Shown one piece after another: positions 54,611-64,000 of a stretch of 64,000 nucleotides of DNA. Within the stretch, counting starts at the first letter, position 1; the number at the start of each line of letters is the position of its first letter. The stretch is from NCBI GenBank assembly GCA_951406725.2, contig OX597830.1, forward strand, positions 45,384,001 through 45,448,000, read 5' to 3'. The notes under the pieces are model-generated. The model saw only the letters and a program-made list of their open reading frames with translations. It was not told the origin of the DNA and did not search any database. Origin of the DNA: Octopus vulgaris (lineage: Eukaryota). Made by a program: the position numbers and the translations under genes.

Positions 54611-55689
54611 AAACGAAAATTGGAGATCGGCGATCACCATTACAATCCTCACTTCCTTTATTTTCAAAACCGAAAATGAAACAATTTTAAATCAATAGTG
54701 AATCTTTTTTAAGTTTTCATAAGAGAGAGAGGGGGGAGAGAGAGAGGGAGAAAGTTTACTTTGAGAAAAGCAAAAAACGAAAGTGATAGACAAATAGATC
54801 CCAGTTGCCGTCACAATTTGAAATTTTTAAACTGAATGAAAATTTTTTTTTAAATTTGTTATATTGATGTACTTTTTCACACTGAATCCTGAAAAATTTT
54901 AGGAAAATATTATAGAGGTTTAAAGTTTGAGGTTTAAACCTTAAAATTGACACCGCTCTGCTAAACATAGAAAATTTGTCTCGCTATTGGCTATACACAA
55001 TTTTTTGATTTTGAAACCTCTGTCACTTTTTCCTTCAATTTTTTTCTCCACAACATCATACTGTCATAGCAATTAGACTGGAAAACTTTATTATTATAGC
55101 CAATTTTCAGATCTTTTACTGTCTTTTAAAAAATGCATATTTTGCAAATGAAAAAATCTGGATCTGAAAATATTGTGACAAAGAGTGTGATAAATGAGAG
55201 AGATTGATGTCTAGGAAGCAATAGGGAGACAGTAATGAGGAAAAAACTGGGCAAAATATTTATAGAAAGGGAAATCTGAATATGGAAGGAGAAAAGGTAG
55301 AGAGAGACATCTTAAAAAGGGTCAAGTTGTAAAGTTCAGAGAGAAAATTAGAGAGATCGCCAGTATTTTCAAAATAAGAAAAAAAATTGCCAAATTGTTC
55401 TGGACAAACCACTAAATTCTTCATTGTTTTTATTACCTTCTTGTACTTATATATTTGCATTAAAAATAACTTTTTATTGGGCAGTGGGAGTGAAATATAT
55501 ACATTTATATAATAAAAAGTTCAATAATCCACAAACATTACAACCATGGCTGCAGCAAAATATTCCTTTCAATTTAAAAGAAAAAGAGGATACATTCCTA
55601 GACTCACTACACCTATCATAAAAAAAAAAACTAGATGGTCATAACTGGAATGTCTTCAATTCTGTTCAATCAGGGTTCACCTGGTTGAA

Positions 55690-56345
55690 TATAAATTTTT
55701 TGTTTGGTTTTGTGCCAGGGAGAAGCACTACTGATGCTATTTTCCTAGTAAGGCATTTAGTGAAAAATAAACCACTGTGCTTGGCATTTGTCAAAATGGA
55801 GAAGGCTTTTGGCAGGGTCCCTCCCTCAATCATCTGGTAACTGATGCAGAAGCTAGGGGTAAGTGAGACTCATTCAAGCCAATTATAGAGAGGCTGTCAG
55901 TAAGATGAAAGTCAATGAATTTAGTGTGCAGGTAGGAGTTTACCAAGGATCAGTTCTTAGCTACTTCTTGTTTATCATAGACTTCCAGGCAATTGGCCAG
56001 GAGGAATCTAAGATTGGATACCCTTGGGGGCTCCTCCATGCCAAAGACCTTGTTCATATAGCTGAATCTCCATCAGAACTTAAGGGGCTCACAGTTAATT
56101 TAGCAAAGGCTAAAGTACTAGTAACCAGAAAAGGAAACAAATCCCACCAGGGAAAAGGCCCTGCTCAATATATAGAAACGGTGTAGGTAGAAAACCCTAA
56201 GAACACAAGAGGTGCAATGGAATCAGGGGAAGACTAATAGAGAAAGTAGTGTCGGTGTGTGGTAAATGTGCAATAAACACTAAAAATGTACACAAAACAG
56301 ATTTCTTCAAATGGCCAGGGAGATTCTTGGAGGTACTAAATTGAT
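55690..56345 (+). mobile_element. RTE-clade LINE RT fragment
   Basis: Encodes FGFVPGRSTTDAIFLVR...LAFVKMEKAFGRVP...VGVYQGSVLS...LLHAKDLV. Confidence 0.85.
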
Positions 56346-57470
56346 TTTCACCTAAACAGGAGACAATTTTAAATTAAAAAAATTAATCAGTTATTTAAGT
56401 AATCAATGACCAAAACAAAAGAAGATTTTACTTTCTGAATGAGAAAAATATGAATATAGCAAAGAGTGAAAGCATTGGATCAACTTTTCCCAGTCTACAT
56501 TCAATGAAAAGCATTTTTTTGGATATCAATAACATTGTCTGCTATTATTCTCAAAAGGAGACCACAAGTGGTGCAGCGGATGAAACTTACAAAACGTCAA
56601 GGCATCAATGGTTTGCAGATGATCATTATAAAATTACCTGAATGCAATAAATAAATAAATAAAATTTGAAATTTTCTCTGTTACAATGATGAGATTCTCA
56701 ATAAGAGAAAAGAAGTTTTTTCTTTCGATGTAGCTTACAAAACATGGTGCAGTCATCTGGTTCGCCAGCCCTCAGTCAAAATCGTCCAACTCATGCTAGC
56801 ATGGAAAGTGGCCGTTAAACAATGATGATGATGATGATGATGACAAGTTCAAAGTATTCAAACGGTTGATCAAGAAATAAAAAGAAATTTTCAAGGCAAA
56901 ACAAGACTGAGCCCTAATTGTCAACAGACTCTTGAACCCTTTCAACTCAATAGCATGCTTTAAGCAAGCATGGTTTCATTCAACCCCTCAAGGACAGGCT
57001 CACTTAATTAGCAGTGATTTAGTACAAACTATAAACATAAACTCATTTGAGTTTATCAAAATTGAAAACATTCGATCAAGTCATATGTTTTGATTTCAAT
57101 TTATTTTCAAAGACGATTCACAATATGAGATCAAACATCCTTTTCTCATTTATAAGACATTACATTTACAAGTAAAATGCAACTAGAAAAATAATCAGCA
57201 GATATTTATAGGTTGGGGGGGGGGGTTTACATTTGTTTTTTGTTGTTTTTTTGGGCTGGAAATTAGAACTAATTAAACAACACTGACAAAAGTATTAAAA
57301 TATAATAATCTGTAAATATTTACAATGAAATAATGATAATTAATAGACATTTTCTATATTGAACACAAACTGTTGAAATAATTTCTTTCCTTAAATATTG
57401 AAGAAAATATATAACTAATGTTTGGAATACAACAAAAATTATATATATGCACAGCTACACACAATTCATA

Positions 57471-57851
57471 CTCTTTTACTTGTTCCAGTCATTTGACTGT
57501 GGCCATGCTGGAGCACTGCCTTTAGCCAGGCAAATCGACCCCAGGACTTGTTCTTTGTAAGCCTAGTACTTCTTCTATCAGTCTCTCTTGCTGAACCGCT
57601 AATTTACAGGGATGTAAACACACCAGCATCAGTTGTCAAGTGATGTTGGGGAAACAAACACAAACACACAAACATATATACACACATACATATATACGAC
57701 GAGCTTCTTTCAGTTTCTGTCTACCAAATCCACTCACAAGGATTTGGTCAGCCCGAGGCTATAGAAGACACTTGCCCGAGGTGACAGGCAGTGGGACTGA
57801 ATCCGGAACCATGTGGTTTGTAAGCAAACTACTTACCACACAGCCATTCCT
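57471..57851 (-). mobile_element. SINE family B downstream of CENP-A
   Basis: Full head-to-tail match to 22524-22938. Confidence 0.88.
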
Positions 57852-58884
57852 ACCCTTATGTTTTTCATGTTTCTAAGCTGAGAAATGTTATTTAAAAAAG
57901 AAAAAGGACAAGATACACTGAAGGAATAATAGAAAGCTAAAACACTGATTAAATCCAATTACCAAAGTTGCACATGGAATTATTTTTTATCATGTAAAGA
58001 TATAGAAATATAGAGAAAATATTTTTTAAGATTAAAAAAATAAAATATTTACAAAAATAATATAGTAACAAAATTTTCCATTTGTTTGTAGCAAGGAATT
58101 TAGAGGAGGAAGGAGTACACTTGCTTGAATCAACTTCACATATACTACTGATACTTATCTTATCAGTCCCACAGAGATAAAGCCAACTCCAGCAGGATTT
58201 GATCCCAGAATATCAAAGGTCATGAAAAAAGAGATAAATTATTGCCAGACATTTTGTCCAGAACTAGCAATTGTCACAAACCTCCTTCAAGATGAGATTT
58301 TACAAAGAAAGCGCAATGGGTGAACTTTTTTTATCAAGGAAGAATATTTCATTTTGCATGTGAAGTAAACTTTGTCAGACACCAATACAGAGTCGCAGAA
58401 TAACAAACAGTAATTATACCAGGTTTCCAAACATTAAAATGGATACCTAGAAGTGGTCAACGTCAAGGATCAACTTAAAGAGCAAGAAATTAAAAATTCT
58501 TATGAATGGAGAAGAAATACCAAACACTTCATTCAAGGCCCTCCTTTGTTAGTTATTTCTTGTCACAACCCATAAACTCACATTACTTTTTACATTTGTA
58601 ACTAAAGACTTCAAAAAATAGTTACACTCAAAACACAAACTGGCCAAGAGAGGCTTAAAACAAATGTCCCTTGTGCATTCACATTTGGCTACTTTTAAAA
58701 TTAGAATTCTCAAATATTGACTCCCTAAGGCCCCTTTTAAAAGCAATTTTTTTTCTTGCTACTACATGGTTAGTGCAGTGTGTATATTTTTCTTTTTCAA
58801 ATATGTTCAAAAGAAATCCATGACACAAATGGTATTCACATGACAAGAAAAACAGTTTGATTTATGTATCACCATTTCTTTGAT

Positions 58885-59513
58885 TTATATATCACCATTT
58901 CTTAATCTTAAAGCAAGTCTAATATCGGTTGGAAAAAGTGTGACTCGTTTTGCATGTAAAGTACAGAGATAAGAGTCTGAGAGGAGAGACACTAAATACG
59001 CTTCTGATGCTTCTTGTAATGCCAATAGGGCAACACTTTGCCAGCGAATGTCTGCCATAAAATAGGAGCCAATTTCTCTCACAAGCCGCATGAAAGGTGT
59101 TTTCTGAATTAACAGATTGCAAGATTTCTACAAAGAAAAGAAAAAGAAAAAGAAAACAATATTAAGTATTCAGGCAATGATTATTGTACAATAATTAGTT
59201 TTTAAAACTATTAAAGACAATGAAAATGATAGGCGAAAAATTAACTAATCCCAATGTCCAAACCATGCCAACAGGTAAGGGAACATTAAATGATAAGAAT
59301 GAATCTACTGATAAATATTTTGATATTTAGTTGAACTTCTAACAACAATGAAGCAAGAAACAATTTTTCAGATTTGATTCAAACAAGAAAAATTTTTTTT
59401 AACTTCTTGTCTTTTGGGAAAATAATTTAACAGGATCTAAGAATAGGATATACTATTTGTATGAATGTGTGCTAAAAATTTTGGCATTAAAGCAATTGTG
59501 TGTATGTATGTAT

Positions 59514-59544
<31 letters not shown>

Positions 59545-61604
59545 ATTACATAAACTTACTTACTCAGTTAAAAAAATGGTCATGTTGAAGACCAACCTAT
59601 CAGTTTTTTAAACAGTATATATATATAGAACCACATCAGCCATTATATATATATAAGTGAAATGGTAGTTGTGGCTGTTGCCAGTATCACATGAATGGCA
59701 CCCATGAACTCATAATCATGACCATTGCCAGTAGCATGATCTTTGAAGGTTGGGCCTGACAGGGTCAATGACAAGTGACTGAGACCGTTGGCGATATGTT
59801 GTTCTTGAAAAGATTAGTGAAGCCAAGTGAGATTATAGTCAGGGCCGTTGCCATCGACATGTAAATGGCACTAGTGCTGGTGGCACGTAAAAAACACTCA
59901 CAATACTCTCAGAGTGGTTGGCATTAGGAAGGGCATCAAGCCATAGAATCTTTACCAAATCAGAATGGAATCTGGTGCAGCTCTCTGGCTTACCAGTTCT
60001 AGTCGAACCGTCTAACCCATACCAGCATGGAAAGCGGACGTTAAATGATAATGATATATATTGAATGTGTAATATGTAGAAGATCTGAATGCTATTTCAA
60101 GCATTCCGAACATCTGGTCCTGTTTTACCTTTTCTTTTTTTTTTTTTTTACATAACAGATTCTCAACAGGGAGTACTATGAAATAGGTGGTACCACGCAG
60201 ATAAAATATAGACTGACCAAGAATACTGTAAACATATTTTCCCATTCCTCATAAAAATAAAACCCATCCGCAATTAAGGGAACAGAACGAAAACTGAAAG
60301 CGAGAAGTATTTTTTGATAGGATGTCATTAAACTTGAACAGTAAAAGTTAGCTCCCTTGAACTGCAATTTCTGTCGTCAAAAGATTTCGTTGTTTACATT
60401 TCAGATTGATATTCAATGAAGGAGATAAATTTGTTAGAAAGAAACTTGAGAGGGGTCTCAAATGTTGGGAGAGAAATATCAGTGAAAACGACGCGAAAAA
60501 GGGGGATAAAAAAAAGAAAAGAAAGAAAAATGGGGCATCGCCGGTGGAACGTGAGCCACCGGAGGTGGGGAAGAAGGCCCCTCCCAGTGGAAATATTGAA
60601 GAACATGTCATCTTCGATCTCAAGGGAGGGGCTATAGAGAACTATATAAAAAGTTCCTTTGATAGTCGGGACCTAAAAGACTCGACTTGTCTTCCAGAGT
60701 GGCCTCCACAGGTGGTTGCTCAGGTACTGGAAGAAAGGAACCTTTGGACTCCTTCTCAAAGGAAGAGTATAGAGCATGTGTAAAGGACCCCAACTTGCGG
60801 TCGCTGGAATGCCTGCAGGAGGCAAAAAAGTTTATTAAAGACTCATTCTTCTATAGCCTCAGGCCGACCAAAGCCTTGTGAGTGGATTTGGTAGACGGAA
60901 ACTGGAAGAAGCCCGTCGTATATATGTATATATGTGTTTGTGTTTGTCCCCCAACATCGTTTGACAACCGATGCTGGTGTGTTTACGTCCTAGTAACTTA
61001 GTGGTTCGGCAAAAGAGACCGATAGAATAAGTACTAGGCTTACAAAGAATAAGCTCTGGGGTCGATATGCTCGACTATAAAGGCGGTGCTCCAGGATGGC
61101 CGCAGTCAAATGACTGAAACAAGTAAAAGAGAGAGTAAAGGGAGAGATAAAGCCAAGATATTTTCTTTTTCGCTTTCCTTTAGCTTGTTTGTTTACATCT
61201 GCGATAAAAATATTGTACAATGAAATTTATTTCCTGAGAAACAGACAAAAATGGGATACCATGCTACATAACAGAATAAAATCTAGACGAAGAGGCAACT
61301 GGTGGCAGTCTCTGCGACTAATAAACTCCGAGTGAACCCTCCTCTGCTGTGTCAGGTGGGCGATATACCAAAGAGAAAGGAAGTCTTTAATCAATGTTTT
61401 AAAATAAATTCATAAACCAACCTGGTATTTCCGGATTTCTAAAAGAACCCTTTGCACCTTTCGTACTTTTTTAGGTGTATTCCGAGATCGATTTTGTAAG
61501 GATTTTCTACGAGTTGATTGACTGGAGCCAGATTCATCAAATGGCGTTGTTGAACCACTGGAAGAATACGTGCGATTCCTAGGACTACTTTTACGACGGA
61601 CCAT
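58885..61604 (-). CDS. CENPA: Centromeric histone H3 variant (CENP-A/CenH3)-like, two exons: join(61604..61422, 59127..58885), 141 aa
   Basis: ATG is at 61604-61602. Exon 1 encodes [11 protein letters not shown]...VLLEIRKYQ and ends at donor CAG|GTTGGT (61421). The acceptor TTTTCTTTGTAG| precedes 59127, phase 0. Exon 2 encodes [80 protein letters not shown]. This is an H3 fold with a divergent S/R-rich tail and CenH3-type substitutions at H3 Q68 (M), F84 (W) and T107 (S), plus a CENP-A-like RVTLFP motif. Confidence 0.88.
59660..60055 (+). mobile_element. RTE 3'-UTR-type repeat in the CENP-A intron
   Basis: gagtggttggcattaggaagggcatc...ccagcatggaaagcggacgttaaatgataatgat; homologous to the reverse complement of 21543-21990. 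Confidence 0.75.
60846..61137 (+). mobile_element. SINE family B, 5'-truncated, in the CENP-A intron
   Basis: ctatagcctcaggccgaccaaagccttgtgagtgg...gcagtcaaatgactgaaacaagtaaaagag. Confidence 0.88.
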
Positions 61605-61930
61605 GTTCGATGTTTCGAAGATGGAAACAAATATCAACTTCAATTAGAATATTGGCGGTAAAAAGACATGTTTACGGTGTTCCATAAATATACGTTCACC
61701 ATTAAATTTGGGTTAAGTCATGATGAATTGAAAACCGTCGCAGTTCATTGAAATTTCTGTTATTTGAAGAGATGAAACAAAAATTGGTAATCTGTTTTCT
61801 TTTGCCAACTAAGAGGGAGATTTCAATTAACTGAGAATGTTTATATGGGTGGAGGTAAAGAATACGCACACCACTCGTTTTCGGTGTCACCCTAACGCTA
61901 AACCCTCTTTTACCTCCGCCGTTCGTGTGT
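61605..61930 (-). promoter_or_regulatory. Putative CENP-A 5'UTR/proximal promoter
   Basis: Short non-repetitive stretch directly upstream of the ATG. It has minus-strand CCAAT boxes (+ strand attgg at 61651-61655 and ~61783), an E2F/CDE-like TTGGCGG and TTCGAA. Motif-level evidence only. Confidence 0.35.
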
Positions 61931-62196
61931 TCGTCAAGACAACGCTTAGAAACCGATTTTAATTACTTCACTTACTGTTATTAATAACCCTGTCGATTTC
62001 ACTTTTGGTTCTTTATTTATTTTTGGTCAGATTGCAGTCTCTTGGGCACTTGGCGTGTATATATATATTTTTCTTTTTTTTTTTCGCGCGCAGTTGATTA
62101 TTTTGTTTGTCATTTTTTTTTGTTTCTTTGCTTTCGTTTGTTTTAGCAATAACAACCAATACCGTGCTTGAGCAACGTGGTAAAATGAATAAAAGT

Positions 62197-62626
62197 GGCA
62201 ATCTTTCGTCTCTAGTAGACCTTTCCGTCGATTTCTGTAAAAAAATTTTTTTTTTTTTTTTTACATATGGGCTTGCGGGAACTTTTGAAGTAATGAGAGC
62301 GAAAGAGACTAAGAGAAAGCGATTGTATGACGAGGGAAGTTCTTTTGAAGTTACCGTGCATGTGAATCATTGATGTACATGTGTGTGTGTGTGTGTGTTT
62401 GATGGGGTGTGGGAGACAGACAGCATGTTGTGTAAGTGAAGTGCTTCTGTTAGTGTGTGTGAAGAGACAGAGTAATGTGTGAAAGAAAGAGATAACTGAA
62501 ATTTTTTACTCGGTGTATGTGTATATGTATGTATATTACTTCAAAAGTTCCCGCAAGCCCATGTGTAAAAAAAAAAATTTTTTTACGGAAATCGACCGAA
62601 AGGTCTACTAGAGACGAAAGATCGCC
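62197..62626. mobile_element. Merlin-like MITE
   Basis: ~100-bp TIRs starting GGCAATCTTTCGTCTCTAGTAGACC and ending GGTCTACTAGAGACGAAAGATCGCC. Perfect 8-bp TSD ATAAAAGT at 62189-62196 and 62627-62634. Confidence 0.85.
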
Positions 62627-63236
62627 ATAAAAGTTATTCGTTTAGTTTTTGCATGAGGAAAATACAAGGGTGTATATCTAATGAGGTAAAACATGAAAGC
62701 TCACACATTTTATTATGCCCCACCACCACCACCACCCTTTGTCATTTTGGCTTTTCAATAGCTTGATACTGACAGAAGTCACCTGCTCCTCTTGTAGATT
62801 GCATTTCTTCATTTGTAGAGACAGGATTTCCTTTGGCGAGGCAGAAATTGCGTGGATCCAATGAAACATTTTGTTGAAATTTGCATCCACCGCACACCAG
62901 CCTCCTGCAATTGAAAGCTGGGATCCTTTATCATTCTGGTTTACTCTTCTAGGTATGTTTGGTTCAGGACTATTCATTTTTATATTCATAGCTAACCTTC
63001 ATATCTGGAGGCTTTTCACCTATCCGCCATCTGGAGACCCGGCGGAGGGAAGTTTTGTCTCCATTCTAGATGGTTTGTCTCAGTCCTCCCCACCAACTAC
63101 CTTAAGGACCCTTCCTCCTGATTTTTTCTGTAGGGGTTTATTCCCTTAGTCTTTCACACGCTCGTGTGTATAAGCAAATAAAAAATGGAATATAAGAGAA
63201 TATATAAAAAAATAAATATAAAAAGATGCTTTGGTG

Positions 63237-63382
63237 AGTTTACGTCCCCGTAATTTAGCGGTTCAGCAAAAGAGACCGATAGGATAAATACTAGGCTTGC
63301 AAAGAATAAGTCCTGGGATTGATTTGTTCGACTAAAAGTGGTGCTCCAGCATGGCCACAGTCAAATGACTGAAACAAATAAT
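63237..63382 (+). mobile_element. SINE family B 3' fragment
   Basis: tttacgtccccgtaatttagcggttc...cagtcaaatgactgaaacaa. Confidence 0.85.
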
Positions 63383-63399
63383 AAATATACTCACACACA

Positions 63400-64000
63400 C
63401 ATTGTTGGATGGCCATTGACTCATGAGTTCTTCTGCCAAGGATGACCACCACAACGATATCTCCAGCCCCACACTTCATAATGAGAACAGCACCAATGGC
63501 AGCTCCAGCAACACTGGTGGCAACAACAACATCTCCAAGCCCAGAGCCAACCAATGATGTGCCAGCAATGTAAGCACAGCCAGCACTGAAACCTGGAAAA
63601 TATATCAGGTCAGTCGGGACAGACTTGAAGCAGCGCCTGTACAACCACAGGTCCTCTTTCAGGATTCCAGAAAGATGATTTGTCACATCCCTGGTCAGCT
63701 ATGTGTAGTACCTCAAAGATGAAGGGACCCCATACAATATCAAGTGGAGGATCTTAAAGTGGCCAGGCCCCCTACATTAATGGGAGCAAAGGATGTAAGA
63801 TTTGTTTGGCTGAGCAAGCAAGGATACTCAAAGACTCCCTGGAATCTGGATTACTGAACATTTGCCAGGAAATCAATATATCTTGCATCTATTTCAAACA
63901 CTACCTGCTACAAGCATGGGATTCCTTGTTCTCCAATTAGACCTGGAAGGTCCTTATGATCTAAAAGCAACTCAAGAGAAAAATACCTTGTTCCCCCTCT
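63400..64000 (+). mobile_element. Penelope-like GIY-YIG fragment
   Basis: Encodes KYIRSVGTDLKQRLYNHRSSFR...TSLVSYV*YLKDEGTPYNIKWRIL...PYINGSKGCKICLAE. Confidence 0.75.

Noticed and set aside
58885-61604. Canonical H3/H3.3 or an H3 pseudogene
   Set aside because: There is no ARTKQTARK tail. It has an intact spliced frame with canonical GT-AG and CenH3-type substitutions.

Overview
This is AT-rich, microsatellite-saturated eukaryotic DNA. The repeat landscape (tRNA-derived SINEs, RTE, CR1/L2, R4/Dong and Penelope fragments, TA-embedded elements) suggests an octopod cephalopod; that assignment is inference. Only one host protein-coding gene is well supported: a two-exon centromeric histone H3 (CENP-A/CenH3)-like gene on the minus strand (exon 1 61604-61422, exon 2 59127-58885, 141 aa). 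The region 36.6-38 kb looks like the promoter and first exon of a second, long minus-strand gene, but no coding exons for it are recognisable. The rest is mostly decayed mobile DNA: a near-full hAT (GTF2IRD2/SPIN-like) element interrupted by a tRNA-Arg-like SINE, a composite Helitron, Merlin-like, mariner and pogo MITEs, and several Penelope-like elements. Most ORFs in the supplied track are microsatellite artefacts. Three signals stand out. (1) A non-coding ~0.8 kb element occurs twice with different terminal direct repeats and carries a permuted hammerhead-core motif, making it a candidate retrozyme. (2) Several other hammerhead-like motifs occur in unrelated small elements. (3) The CENP-A-like protein lacks the usual loop-1 extension. 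All calls were made by eye, and TE boundaries are approximate unless a TSD or TIR is given.
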